Origin: a virus
Taxonomy: Duplodnaviria; Caudoviricetes
DNA: 63,999 nt
IMG/VR virus record: IMGVR_UViG_3300037329_000068
Span: 1 to 63,999 of that record
Reading direction: 5' to 3' (one strand)
Shown here: positions 18,772 to 27,984 of the stretch, piece after piece
Numbering within the stretch: position 1 is the stretch's first letter
How the letters are laid out: each line of letters starts with the position of its first letter
Position numbers and translations under genes: made by a program
Notes under the pieces: generated by a model
The model's input: only the letters and a program-made list of their open reading frames with translations
Told to the model about the DNA's origin: nothing
The model's database searches: none

Positions 18772-19130
18772 TGGACGCCTATACTATTAATGGCATTAAA
18801 GAACTAACTAAGACGTTAAAAGGAAAAACTCAAGACAACCCAAATTTTCGTTTTGAAGATAGTCTCGGAATTGTTCTCATGAATCTTGTAGCGCGTAAAT
18901 TGGCTGGCAACTACGGAATTCATTATCTAGATGCAGTCCGTATAGCAACTTCGATGAATGTTGATACAGAGATTCTTGTGGAAGAAGATGATTCTATACA
19001 AGTCATTGATGATCTTGCAGGGCTTTTTGCAAAGTTTATTGTAGAAACATCTATATCTATGTTTGACGACAAAACCCTAGATGCTCAAGTTATGCAAAAT
19101 TTTGCATCAAAAATGACTTTTAAGGTCTAA
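18771..19130 (+). CDS. Hypothetical protein
   Basis: Coupled ORF. Confidence 0.6.
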   Translation: MDAYTINGIKELTKTLKGKTQDNPNFRFEDSLGIVLMNLVARKLAGNYGIHYLDAVRIATSMNVDTEILVEEDDSIQVIDDLAGLFAKFIVETSISMFDDKTLDAQVMQNFASKMTFKV

Positions 19131-19136
19131 TTCATT

Positions 19137-19679
19137 ATGTCTACTAAAGTTGAACCCCATCAATATACAGAAGCAGAAATTCAACAAGTGTTGTCTGACG
19201 AATACTGTATTAATAAGCGTCATGAACTGAGTGTTCCCAATATCACAACGGTTCATGGCTTTTGGGAATCTGACTTGCTTTCTATGACAAAATCATACAT
19301 GCTTCACGAATTCGAAATCAAGACAACACGAAGTGACTGGTTGAAAGAAAAGAAAGCTATTGAGGGGTTGTCTCAGTCTCATTGCAAGGCAAGGCGCTGT
19401 GACGCCCTGTGTAAGCAGCTTAATGAAGATACTGACTTGGGTATAGCCCCCAACTACTTTTGGTTGTGTGGGCCTTCTAACGTCTTCTTAGAGGAAGAAA
19501 TTCCAGACTATGCGGGGTTTATCGAAATCTATGAATTTAGAAAAAACTATAGAATCCGTGTAATTAAAAACGCTCCAAAATTGCATAAAGGCAAAGCTTC
19601 TGATAAGATAATTTTTTCAATGATGCGTAGCCTGAACTTTAAATTCTGGAACTCAAAAAGGAAATGGTATAATGTTTAG
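19137..19679 (+). CDS. PD-(D/E)XK nuclease-like protein (MmcB-like)
   Basis: WESDLL......EFEIKTTRSD, PNYFW, EIPDYAG, APKLH. Confidence 0.7.
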   Translation: MSTKVEPHQYTEAEIQQVLSDEYCINKRHELSVPNITTVHGFWESDLLSMTKSYMLHEFEIKTTRSDWLKEKKAIEGLSQSHCKARRCDALCKQLNEDTDLGIAPNYFWLCGPSNVFLEEEIPDYAGFIEIYEFRKNYRIRVIKNAPKLHKGKASDKIIFSMMRSLNFKFWNSKRKWYNV

Positions 19680-19755
19680 TTTAGCGATTGGTTCTCGGCC
19701 CTATTTTAATTCTTTTTTCTATTGGTATTGTTGTTAAGAAAGGAAACCTTATAGT

Positions 19756-19986
19756 ATGAGCAATTATTTTACAGCAAGAAAAGCACAACGAGATTGTGTG
19801 TGTAGAGGGTGTGATAAAAGAATGAAAAAGAACGTTGATGATGTCATACACACATACAGTAGCAGAAACCGAGGACAGCATATTTTATTCTGTTTCGATT
19901 GTGGAAAGCTAATAGGTAATATGCACTTAGATTACCTTAACAATGGATGTCAAGAAATTACAGTGAATACAGATAGAACAGAATAA
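19756..19986 (+). CDS. Small zinc-finger protein
   Basis: CRGC...CFDC. Confidence 0.6.
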   Translation: MSNYFTARKAQRDCVCRGCDKRMKKNVDDVIHTYSSRNRGQHILFCFDCGKLIGNMHLDYLNNGCQEITVNTDRTE

Positions 19987-20032
19987 TCTACGAAATGTGG
20001 AGTATTTTCAACAAAACCAAAAGGATAAGCTT

Positions 20033-20323
20033 ATGAGTTTTGAATTTGATCAAGTCGCAGAATTTAAAGTCGGTGAAACATACTGGGAAAACTCTCAAGG
20101 TGGGTGTTATCAGTTTGAAGTAATGAGTCTGGTTGAGATTAACGAAACTGGACATGAAGGCGCAAAGACGATAAACTTTCAAGGGGTGGGTGTGAAGACA
20201 GGCGAGACTATTAACTTTTTTTTGAATAGTAATTTTATGCACTATGGGCCTAAAATTTCCAACCACCAACAATATTTCTCGCCACAAGAACTTCGTGGAA
20301 TCATGGGAAAAATGGATGACTAG
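20033..20323 (+). CDS. Hypothetical protein
   Basis: AAGGA RBS before MSFEF. Confidence 0.6.
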   Translation: MSFEFDQVAEFKVGETYWENSQGGCYQFEVMSLVEINETGHEGAKTINFQGVGVKTGETINFFLNSNFMHYGPKISNHQQYFSPQELRGIMGKMDD

Positions 20324-20326
20324 AAT

Positions 20327-20383
20327 TTGACACCAGATCACTAAGCCTGTATACTGATTGTAGAAATTGAAAAAACTTGGAGT
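20327..20383 (+). promoter_or_regulatory. Early promoter-leader cassette, family B
   Basis: TTGACA-17-TATACT-GATTGTAGAAATTGAAAAA. Confidence 0.8.
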
Positions 20384-20387
20384 CGGT

Positions 20388-21449
20388 ATGTTCAATGATC
20401 TGGTTGTTACTAAGTATCGAAACGGATTGGTAACGTGTGAGTACGTGCCATTTCCTGATACAAGAAATACCTACACACTCACAGTCATCTTTAACGACAA
20501 ACGAGTAACCACTATTCTTGAAAGTAAGGTTTACAATCGCAAAGAAGACGTGGTAAGGTATATTTAAAGTTGTTTAATTGGGGGTTAGACATGTTAGTTA
20601 AGATTACGGAAACCGTTTACTGGGGCAGTAAAGAAGTTATTGGAAAAGTAGTTAGTGCAACAGCTAAAAAAGATGGAGGTTTTTTTATTTCAACAGAAGA
20701 GTTGGTTCGAGTAGGCGCACGAGAGGGTTGCTTTTCGAAGGGACGGAGTTACTACTTTCTTGAAAGCAAAGTTGAAATTGTTTGATGAACTCCAACATAC
20801 TTTGAAATAGGATAAAATTATGAAGATTGACAAGCTAATTAGTGATATTTTAGTTGGAAAAACATTGATTTCTGTACAATATAACGATTACGATGATGTT
20901 GAATATTATAAGTCTATCGGTGTCACACCAGCTATTCTTCCATCAAAAATTAAAAGTGTTTCTGTTCGTGGTAATCGTTATACAGACGTTATAGTAAAAA
21001 TAATTTTAGAAAACGAAACAGTAGTAGAGGCGTATACCGACGAAGAACTAACATTTAAGGAATAAGCTATGCTTTGGAAAAAAACTATCGGTGGTATGGC
21101 TTTGTATCTTAATAACAATCTGATCGGTTGGGTCACTTCAACCATTAATGGAAAATACTTTTACGGATTCAATGAGCAATCTTCTCTAAAAAAAGAATTA
21201 GCTAAAACAAAACACGAAGCTATGTTGATATTAATGAAAGCCGTAGGAGAGTAAATCATGGAACTTAGGTGGGCTGTTTTTATACCAGATGCAAATAAAA
21301 TTAAAGCTTACATGGAAACAATGGGTTGTGGCTTGACACAAGCAAAACATGATTTAAAAACTAACCAACCAGTTCTTGAATTTTATGATGATGACGACAA
21401 AGAGTGGTGTGAATTACCTACTCACTTTCTAAAAAATAAAAGATATTAA
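20388..21449 (+). other. Run of five small hypothetical ORFs (20388-20567, 20591-20785, 20820-21065, 21069-21254, 21258-21449)
   Basis: Tightly packed, same strand, behind a family B promoter. Confidence 0.55.
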
Positions 21450-21658
21450 AAATGGAAAATATAAAAGGGTTTTTTGCAGTATTATTTTCTGTATTTTTCG
21501 TGGTTACTTTTTTGGCGTTTATTTCTGATCTTCTATACATTAAGACTCAAAAAAATCCGGCGTCGTGGTTTTTGTTTTTCTCTTGTGTGTTAATTTTGAC
21601 TGGAAGTGGTGTGTATTATTTGTGGACTTAATATACAATATAAAAAGGATATTGAAAA

Positions 21659-22219
21659 ATGATAGAAATTCAATTATACAGAGATGGCGGAACACTAAGT
21701 ATTTCGCACTCAGGGGTTGCGTTTTGTATTGATAAGAGAATCGCAACAGTAACGAAATACCAACTATATCTTGGACACCCAAGCCACAACAGACCCGTAA
21801 CCGAAGAAAGTGATTTTAATAAATTCTCAACAATGTTAGCTAAGGCAATAGCAGAAGACCAAATTACAAACGAACAACGTTACATGATAGAAAGGGCTGT
21901 TGAAATGTATGATGAGTACAAAAAGAAATCAGAAATAAATGAAATTTACGAAAAGTTTTACAACGGAGATTCTTTTACAGATGAAGAAGTTGATCAGGGG
22001 ATTTCTTTTTTTACAGACATTACAAAAATGCTTGATTGTCTAGGAAAAGAATTTAGGTTACAAGGAAACGAAACTCGACGGATTAGGGACTCTCTTATTT
22101 CTTACAGGGAAGCAAGAGAAAGATCAAGATTTAGGGCGGGGGAGTTACTAAATTCGATGAGCATTAACAAAAAGAAATCTTCTAAAATTTGTGATGAGGA
22201 TATTGACGAAATTGATTAA
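21659..22219 (+). CDS. Hypothetical protein
   Basis: 186 aa; RDGGT N-terminal motif; AAGGA RBS. Confidence 0.65.
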   Translation: MIEIQLYRDGGTLSISHSGVAFCIDKRIATVTKYQLYLGHPSHNRPVTEESDFNKFSTMLAKAIAEDQITNEQRYMIERAVEMYDEYKKKSEINEIYEKFYNGDSFTDEEVDQGISFFTDITKMLDCLGKEFRLQGNETRRIRDSLISYREARERSRFRAGELLNSMSINKKKSSKICDEDIDEID

Positions 22220-22535
22220 ATTTAACTGGCCTGAACTAAAGACAATCAAAGCAAATGAAGTTGCTAATGATTTAAAACTGTTGTGTCGTTTTCTGGATTC
22301 CAATACACCAATATCTACAGAAGAAAAGATAGATAGATTCAACAAAATTCTTAAAGACGCAAACAACAGAACTTTTTACGATGGAAAGTTAACAAATGGA
22401 GAAAGGCGTGAAGAGTTTAAAAATCTTACTTCAACCGTTAACAGCATATTTATGTACTTTCACAGTTCAGAAATGCACTATAAAGTCGAACCAAAAGTAT
22501 TCAAAGACAACATCGAATTCTTTAGTCACAGGTAA
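22191..22535 (+). CDS. Hypothetical protein
   Basis: 114 aa ORF in operon; start uncertain. Confidence 0.5.
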   Translation: MMRILTKLIKFNWPELKTIKANEVANDLKLLCRFLDSNTPISTEEKIDRFNKILKDANNRTFYDGKLTNGERREEFKNLTSTVNSIFMYFHSSEMHYKVEPKVFKDNIEFFSHR

Positions 22536-22539
22536 TATT

Positions 22540-22863
22540 ATGAACGACCACTTTACCAATCAACAGTTATACGTGTTGAATAAAAAGACAAACAAAGTAG
22601 TCTTAGTTGCTTGTGACCCTGTTTTTATTTTCAATGGAGAACCTAATTATTGCTACACTAGGGCGCTTTATATAAACACAGATGCCACATCAATAAATTT
22701 GATATTTAAAGAAGCATTTTCTGAAATAGTCAAGACTCTTGATAAAGAAATCGGTGATGTTATTTTTGTATTGAGTCATTCAGCTTGTCGTGTTAATAAT
22801 GAGTTAGGACGTGTGATTTACAAAATACGATACGCAGTAGCAAAAGGAAATTTTTATGAGTGA
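22540..22863 (+). CDS. Hypothetical protein
   Basis: Start moved to MNDHFT (AGGT RBS). Confidence 0.55.
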   Translation: MNDHFTNQQLYVLNKKTNKVVLVACDPVFIFNGEPNYCYTRALYINTDATSINLIFKEAFSEIVKTLDKEIGDVIFVLSHSACRVNNELGRVIYKIRYAVAKGNFYE

Positions 22864-23287
22864 ACTATTAAAGCAGATTAAACTAGATCAGGTAGCGGCT
22901 AGGAAACTCTCTGACACCATCACAGCAGGCATTTTGACTACACTGTTGGGGGAAGCCTCACCCAGTGGAAAGGCTACCACTACAGACGATAAGGTGAGGG
23001 CTGTGATCACAAAGTTTGTGAAGAACTTGAATGAGACGGTTTCTCTAATGAAAAACCAAGATAATATTGATATTGCTATTTTAGAGCTTTCTATATTGAA
23101 ATCATACCTACTCGCTCAGATTGAGGGGAGTTCTCTAGAAAATTTAATTTATTACTTCATCATTTCAGATGGGTGTGATAGTCTGGGTAAAGTAATGAAA
23201 GCATTGAACGACACATACAGTGGGCAGTTTGATGGAAAAGAAGCGTCTAAAATTGCTAAAGCTCATTTTGGAGTTGTGAGAATATGA
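22856..23287 (+). CDS. GatB/YqeY-like protein
   Basis: LLKQIK.DQ..ARK, TTLLGE, E..IL.SYL..Q, LGKVMKAL..Y.GQFDGK.AS. Confidence 0.8.
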   Translation: MSELLKQIKLDQVAARKLSDTITAGILTTLLGEASPSGKATTTDDKVRAVITKFVKNLNETVSLMKNQDNIDIAILELSILKSYLLAQIEGSSLENLIYYFIISDGCDSLGKVMKALNDTYSGQFDGKEASKIAKAHFGVVRI

Positions 23288-23481
23288 AATTAACAAAGAT
23301 AAAAGTTACAATAAACGAAGAAACATTTGAACCAATGATTCATTACGAGCTTGTTCTTCCAATAGAAATCGTTTCCGATGGAGAAACAATTTTTGGTAGA
23401 GAAGAATTAATTCAAGTTCTGGGAACAGAGTTGTATAATCAACTAAAAGAGGTTCATAAAAAAAATGACCATGAAAAATAA
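23284..23481 (+). CDS. Hypothetical protein
   Basis: Coupled ORF. Confidence 0.55.
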   Translation: MKLTKIKVTINEETFEPMIHYELVLPIEIVSDGETIFGREELIQVLGTELYNQLKEVHKKNDHEK

Positions 23482-23692
23482 AGCGTTTATGATTGAAATT
23501 ATTGAAGAGTGTCATGAGTGTAGAACAATACTCAGGAACTGGGTAGAAATTGACGGTTATACAGAAATTGTTTACCAAGAATGGTGTACGAATATTGGAC
23601 AATGGGAAGATAAAGACATCTTACCTGCTTTTTCAAAAGAACAGTTGCAATGTCTGTCAGATTCAATTAAGATAGTTGTAGATAACTTTTAA
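23471..23692 (+). CDS. Hypothetical protein
   Basis: Coupled ORF. Confidence 0.5.
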   Translation: MKNKAFMIEIIEECHECRTILRNWVEIDGYTEIVYQEWCTNIGQWEDKDILPAFSKEQLQCLSDSIKIVVDNF

Positions 23693-23748
23693 AACGCATT
23701 CATTCTGATTGGTTATAGAATATTCAGTAAAACTAATAGGTAATAAAT

Positions 23749-24027
23749 ATGAAACATGGAAACACATCTAATCCTGTAAAGGCACAAGAAACCGAGTTGG
23801 GATTAGTATCTGATAAATTAGAGTCACACCCCAGTTCCATAAAGGCAATTTCTTTTCGAATTCAAATTATCTTGGATCGGTTGACTTATCCTAGTGATGA
23901 AACATGCACCGAAGATGAGTGTCCTCCTAGTGGAACTATCGAACGCCTAAATTACACAAACAATAGAATCTGGGAATCAATTAATGAACTAGAGACTAAA
24001 CTGAAACGGCTAGAAGAACTGGTGTAA
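23749..24027 (+). CDS. Hypothetical coiled-coil protein
   Basis: AGGT RBS; followed by hairpin 24038-24060. Confidence 0.6.
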   Translation: MKHGNTSNPVKAQETELGLVSDKLESHPSSIKAISFRIQIILDRLTYPSDETCTEDECPPSGTIERLNYTNNRIWESINELETKLKRLEELV

Positions 24028-24059
24028 ATAATTAAAAACCCCATTCTTTTTGAGTGGGG

Positions 24060-24275
24060 TCTGAAAAGGATTGTGAAGCGAAACAGATCGAACCCGAGGT
24101 TGTACAGCTAGAGGTGTAGAGAAGAAAGTAGGTTGCACAGACTAGAAAACTGATCGGATGAACCCGTAGTAACTTTGGTGTCTATATGCCCGTCCTATTC
24201 TACGCTCTCTCCCCGAGCAATCGGATATGTAAAAGGTCAGATGTCACTGGTGTCAAAACCAGTATCTTTTTCAGA
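24060..24275 (+). ncRNA. Candidate structured ncRNA (~215 nt)
   Basis: 12-bp closing stem 24060-71/24264-75, GCAA tetraloop hairpin, further internal stems. Confidence 0.5.
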
Positions 24276-24323
24276 TAAGATGTGGTAGTATAGTTTTTTG
24301 AATAATTAATTAAGGAATTTATT

Positions 24324-24584
24324 ATGATGTTTGTTATTGAAGATAAAGGAAACGGTTCATTCAAGCTAACTATCACACAAGATAATGTAGTTAGGATTAA
24401 ATTACAAACCAACCTTAATAAAAAGATAAAAGATGATATGATTGAAAAAATCAAAAACATTGCCATTGCATTAATTGATGATGGTGTAAATACACAAACG
24501 ATTAGAGGTCAGTTTAAATATGGGGCTATATTTTTGAATCTATACACTGACAGCAAAAAGTTTGTTACAAAAATTACCCTTTAA
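24324..24584 (+). CDS. Hypothetical protein
   Basis: TAAGGA RBS. Confidence 0.6.
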   Translation: MMFVIEDKGNGSFKLTITQDNVVRIKLQTNLNKKIKDDMIEKIKNIAIALIDDGVNTQTIRGQFKYGAIFLNLYTDSKKFVTKITL

Positions 24585-24589
24585 GTGCT

Positions 24590-24597
24590 TATAAATA
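24590..24597 (+). promoter_or_regulatory. Late promoter TATAAATA
   Basis: Exact consensus upstream of ORF 24616 and the ncRNA/tRNA-Pro tract. Confidence 0.65.
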
Positions 24598-24615
24598 AGT
24601 TACAGGGAATATTAT

Positions 24616-24849
24616 ATGGCTGCTAGTAATTTTGAAATTTTCAGAAATCCTGACTGGCTAGTTGAAAGTGAACCATGCCACTTGGTTACATTTGTAAAAA
24701 ATAATAAGACGTATCTGTGTGGATGGAATATAGAATTTAATCTACCAATAGTAAAACACAGTAAAAGCGTAAGAAAGCTGGCAGGAGAAAGGGGTTATAA
24801 ATTAACAACGTGGGTAAAAATTCCTGATTGGATAATGAAGATACGTTGA
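24616..24849 (+). CDS. Hypothetical late protein
   Basis: AGGGA RBS after late promoter. Confidence 0.6.
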   Translation: MAASNFEIFRNPDWLVESEPCHLVTFVKNNKTYLCGWNIEFNLPIVKHSKSVRKLAGERGYKLTTWVKIPDWIMKIR

Positions 24850-24981
24850 GGAGGGTGACTGTTGTAAAGTTGCATGATGCATTAGAATCATATGGATTGA
24901 TACACAAAATACAGTTTAAATGCGCCGTAGTGGAGAGCAGCCGATTTTTAAATAGAATATGTTGGGGGTGACACCTTGACA

Positions 24982-25127
24982 GCTTAGAAAAGATGTTCTC
25001 GCTCAGGATAATGGCGAAAACTCTTCCGGCAAATTTTGTTCAACAATAGCAACATAACGCGGTGAAAGACCAAACGCTTGTAGTAGGTGGTCAAAGGCGG
25101 TGTTGTGGCGGGACAACTTTTCTAAGC
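24982..25127 (+). ncRNA. Candidate structured ncRNA (~146 nt) just upstream of tRNA-Pro
   Basis: Perfect 11-bp closing stem GCTTAGAAAAG/CTTTTCTAAGC extended by TGTTCTCGC/GCGGGACA. Confidence 0.5.
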
Positions 25128-25137
25128 ATAGGAGATT

Positions 25138-25215
25138 CGGGAATTAGCTCAGTCTGGTTAGAGCACTTCGTTTGGGGCGTAGTTGTCGCAGGTTCGAATC
25201 CTGCATTCCCGACCA
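25138..25215 (+). tRNA. tRNA-Pro (TGG)
   Basis: CGGGAAT/ATTCCCG acceptor, TAGCTCAG..GG D-arm, TT-TGG-GG loop, GGTTCGAATCC, CCA; one T:T mismatch in anticodon stem. Confidence 0.92.
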
Positions 25216-25311
25216 ATTTTTAATTTTTCATGGTTATTGCATAACTCAAAAAATCCTGCTATCATTCAGTTATTGAGAGATAGCAACCACAAACCATTGA
25301 GTGATAAAATT

Positions 25312-25512
25312 ATGATGGATACATTGTACGATCTGACTCGTAAAGTTAATGCACTGGATTCTAGCCAACACTACTGTGTAGGTGAGTCCGAGGGTGGTGG
25401 GTTTGACCTAACAGTAGACTTTGGAGAAGGTGATGAACTTTATGAAATTCGTGCGGGGTCTTTTTACAGTGTTAGGGATCATCTAATCGAGTGTTTAGAT
25501 TGGCAAAGTTGA
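25312..25512 (+). CDS. Hypothetical protein
   Basis: Start moved downstream of the tRNA. Confidence 0.5.
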   Translation: MMDTLYDLTRKVNALDSSQHYCVGESEGGGFDLTVDFGEGDELYEIRAGSFYSVRDHLIECLDWQS

Positions 25513-25735
25513 GTTTAATCCCTTCGGGGTAAAGTTTATGCGGAATTAAAGGAACTACAATGTATCAGATTGAGAATTTTCATTTCTACGATAAACAAAA
25601 GTTAAACCCAGACGATCAAGTATTAACTTGGGTTGCAGATGTTGGTTATCAGTTCATGCTTTACAAGAAAATGAACACACAATTAATCATTGGCTGGTTT
25701 TCTCCAAAATAAACTTTATATAGCTGAGAGGATTA

Positions 25736-26242
25736 ATGAAAACTATCCTAAAAACATTAAAAGTCAGAGTTAAAGATAATCGAAAGAATATCCTTAACCG
25801 CATGGCTTTTGAAATAAATCAGGTCTGGAATGCCGCTAATCAAGAAACCGCAGAAAATAGTTGGTTGCCTATTCCAGAAGCTGGTTGGGTTAGGAATAAT
25901 ATCTCTGCCTTTGATTTGCAAAAGCAACTGAAATCCATTAAAAAAGAAAGAGATTTCATTGTAGGTGCTGTTTCAAACATTAATTTTATTTCTATAGTTT
26001 CAACAGCGGCTACAGTGAGATTTCTTAAATTCTATGATCAAGATACAGTACCCAATGTGGGTACAGATATACCCACACATACATTTGCTATTTCTGTAGG
26101 GTCTAATCCTCTTCAAGCTCCACCATTGGGATTTAACTTTACTACGGGTTTTGCATATGCAATTATGCTAGGGGCAGAAGATGATAATTCAACACCATTT
26201 GCCGCGAATAACGAAGTTTTTATCATGATGGAATACACATAA
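25736..26242 (+). CDS. Chimera: TnpB (IS200/IS605 OrfB) N-terminal fragment fused to an unrelated phage domain
   Basis: KTLKVRVKD...LNRMAFEINQVWNAAN...SAFDLQKQL, then TVRFLKFYD..TVPNVGTD.P...GFNF.TG..YAI; no RuvC or zinc finger. Confidence 0.65.
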   Translation: MKTILKTLKVRVKDNRKNILNRMAFEINQVWNAANQETAENSWLPIPEAGWVRNNISAFDLQKQLKSIKKERDFIVGAVSNINFISIVSTAATVRFLKFYDQDTVPNVGTDIPTHTFAISVGSNPLQAPPLGFNFTTGFAYAIMLGAEDDNSTPFAANNEVFIMMEYT

Positions 26243-26265
26243 TTTTAAAAATATCTTTATGGAGA

Positions 26266-26302
26266 AAAAGGGCTTGCAAAAGCCCTTTTTTATTGGTAAG
26301 AT
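26266..26302 (+). promoter_or_regulatory. Terminator hairpin overlapping a promoter -35
   Basis: AAAAAGGGCTT-GCAA-AAGCCCTTTTT; TTGCAA-17-TAAGAT. Confidence 0.65.
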
Positions 26303-26330
26303 TATTTTGTCGAATTAGGAGAAAGAAAAA

Positions 26331-26654
26331 ATGAAAAAAAGATTTGATCTAGTCACTGTCCATTATGCAGCTATCACTATTGCCCCTAAAAATTTAACAA
26401 ACCCTAACAACCTTGATCTTTGTGATGAGATTAATAAAAAGGTTGATGATATTTTGTTCGTCTACACAGAAGCTGCCCCTACCAACTACAAAAAACCAAC
26501 TATGCGTTGTGTTGAAGTTGACGATGAGTTTTGTTGTGACTTACTGACAGAGGTTGGACTGAGAGGGTCAAACCGTGAGTGTGTGAGAGCCGCTGCTGTC
26601 GCAATTGTAAATTGGGTTGACAACCATAAAGATTTATATATAATTGAATCTTAA
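26331..26654 (+). CDS. Hypothetical protein
   Basis: TAGGAG RBS. Confidence 0.65.
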   Translation: MKKRFDLVTVHYAAITIAPKNLTNPNNLDLCDEINKKVDDILFVYTEAAPTNYKKPTMRCVEVDDEFCCDLLTEVGLRGSNRECVRAAAVAIVNWVDNHKDLYIIES

Positions 26655-26683
26655 TCAAAATTGATAGAAAAGGACATCAAAAT

Positions 26684-27064
26684 ATGTTAAATAGCGAAAT
26701 AGAATTTAAAGAAAATGGAGAATTTATTGAAATGTGGTGGGAACAAGATGCCCCTCCATTTGATGATCGACTAATGGGCTGCATACGAAAAGGTGACGAT
26801 GGGTATAGGTTTCACCCCGCTAGAAAAGCGGTGCTAACAGTTAAACATCTAAGGTTTTTAATAAAAAAATGCAGCGGATTAAATTATAAAGAATTTATAA
26901 CAGATAGTAGAGCAGATTTCGAAAAGTTTTGGCGGGCCGAGATGAACATTAAGGCTATGCCGCTGACCAGAAAAAGATTCCCTATGACTGCTTACTGCGA
27001 CCAACCCTATTGCTGCCAAGAAACCGACCGTAGCTGGATTTCATGGCAAGCATCCCGGAAATAA
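26684..27064 (+). CDS. Hypothetical protein
   Basis: C-terminal SRADFEKFW...W.SWQASR segment. Confidence 0.6.
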   Translation: MLNSEIEFKENGEFIEMWWEQDAPPFDDRLMGCIRKGDDGYRFHPARKAVLTVKHLRFLIKKCSGLNYKEFITDSRADFEKFWRAEMNIKAMPLTRKRFPMTAYCDQPYCCQETDRSWISWQASRK

Positions 27065-27110
27065 ATATTTTCTATAAGTGACAAAGAAAGCGATTGTCTT
27101 TGAATTTTTA

Positions 27111-27328
27111 TAATCAACATTGATGAGAGAACGGCAATAATAATGAACAAAGATTTAATTTGGTTAGTAGAGAACGAACGAGAGTGGTTTGATTGTGGAC
27201 ATGCCGGTGCTAAGTTACGAGTTGACCCGTACCTTATCGAAATTGAGCAAATAACAATCTACAGACTGTTGTGTGACAAATGTTACGACACTGTTGCAGA
27301 AGAGATTTAATCAACATTGATGAGAGAA
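27111..27328 (+). repeat. 21-bp direct repeat TAATCAACATTGATGAGAGAA flanking a 55-aa ORF (27143-27310)
   Basis: Exact copies at 27111-27131 and 27308-27328. Confidence 0.8.
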
Positions 27329-27332
27329 ATTT

Positions 27333-27539
27333 ATGACTGAACTACGAAAAGATAAAGGTGTTAAAGGTGGAAGCTGCAACGTAACAGCGTGTCAGGCTCC
27401 TGAGTCGGCTTTTTACTTTAACAAGTCCACTGAGGCATACTACTGTCAAAGCTGCGCTAGAGAAATTAACTGGCCGGGAGGAAGGGCTAACGTAATGGAA
27501 CTTTATGGTGTAGAGTACCTTTGCGAACGAGAGGACTAG
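27333..27539 (+). CDS. Small Cys-rich phage protein
   Basis: KG..GGSCNVTACQ...YYCQSCAREIN. Confidence 0.7.
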   Translation: MTELRKDKGVKGGSCNVTACQAPESAFYFNKSTEAYYCQSCAREINWPGGRANVMELYGVEYLCERED

Positions 27540-27543
27540 GACT

Positions 27544-27984
27544 ATGAAAGAAGATTTTGTAAGTAAAAGTTTGAATAAAGAATGTTTAGAATTGCTAAGG
27601 GATTTAGCAAACGAATTAGAATGTGGTATTGGGAAAATGTGGTTTGAGCATGATTTGTCATTAATTAGCGAAGTCAGAGAACTAATTAAAAAATTAGAAA
27701 CGGCAACATCTCATTTGAATTTACTTAAATGTTTTTGTGGAAACACACCAGATGTTGATTCATATGAGCCATGTGATGATTATCCGGGGAGTCTTTACGA
27801 AAATTGGGATAGTAATGTAAGATGCGGTTATTGTCGAGCTAGTAGTGAAGAACTACCGAAACGATATTCAACAAAAGAAGAATCTGAGGCCAACGCAATA
27901 CTTTTATGGAATAAATTTATAACTAAAAATAACAGTCCATCACTTCCCGAAATTAGTTTGCGAACGAGAGGATCAAAATTATGA
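27544..27984 (+). CDS. Protein with Lar-like (restriction alleviation) zinc domain
   Basis: LLKCFCG...VRCGYC...EANAILLWNK. Confidence 0.55.
   Translation: MKEDFVSKSLNKECLELLRDLANELECGIGKMWFEHDLSLISEVRELIKKLETATSHLNLLKCFCGNTPDVDSYEPCDDYPGSLYENWDSNVRCGYCRASSEELPKRYSTKEESEANAILLWNKFITKNNSPSLPEISLRTRGSKL

Noticed and set aside
24060-24275. tmRNA, RNase P RNA or hammerhead identity for the structured region
   Set aside because: I could not find the tmRNA termini, RNase P P4 consensus or CUGANGA/GAAA core
24931-24985. tRNA-like start GCGCCGTAGTGGAGAG
   Set aside because: No matching acceptor 3' strand, canonical T-loop or CCA; at most a decayed remnant
25690-26300. Intact IS200/IS605 element
   Set aside because: No TnpA, no RuvC domain and no recognisable element ends; only an N-terminal TnpB-like fragment
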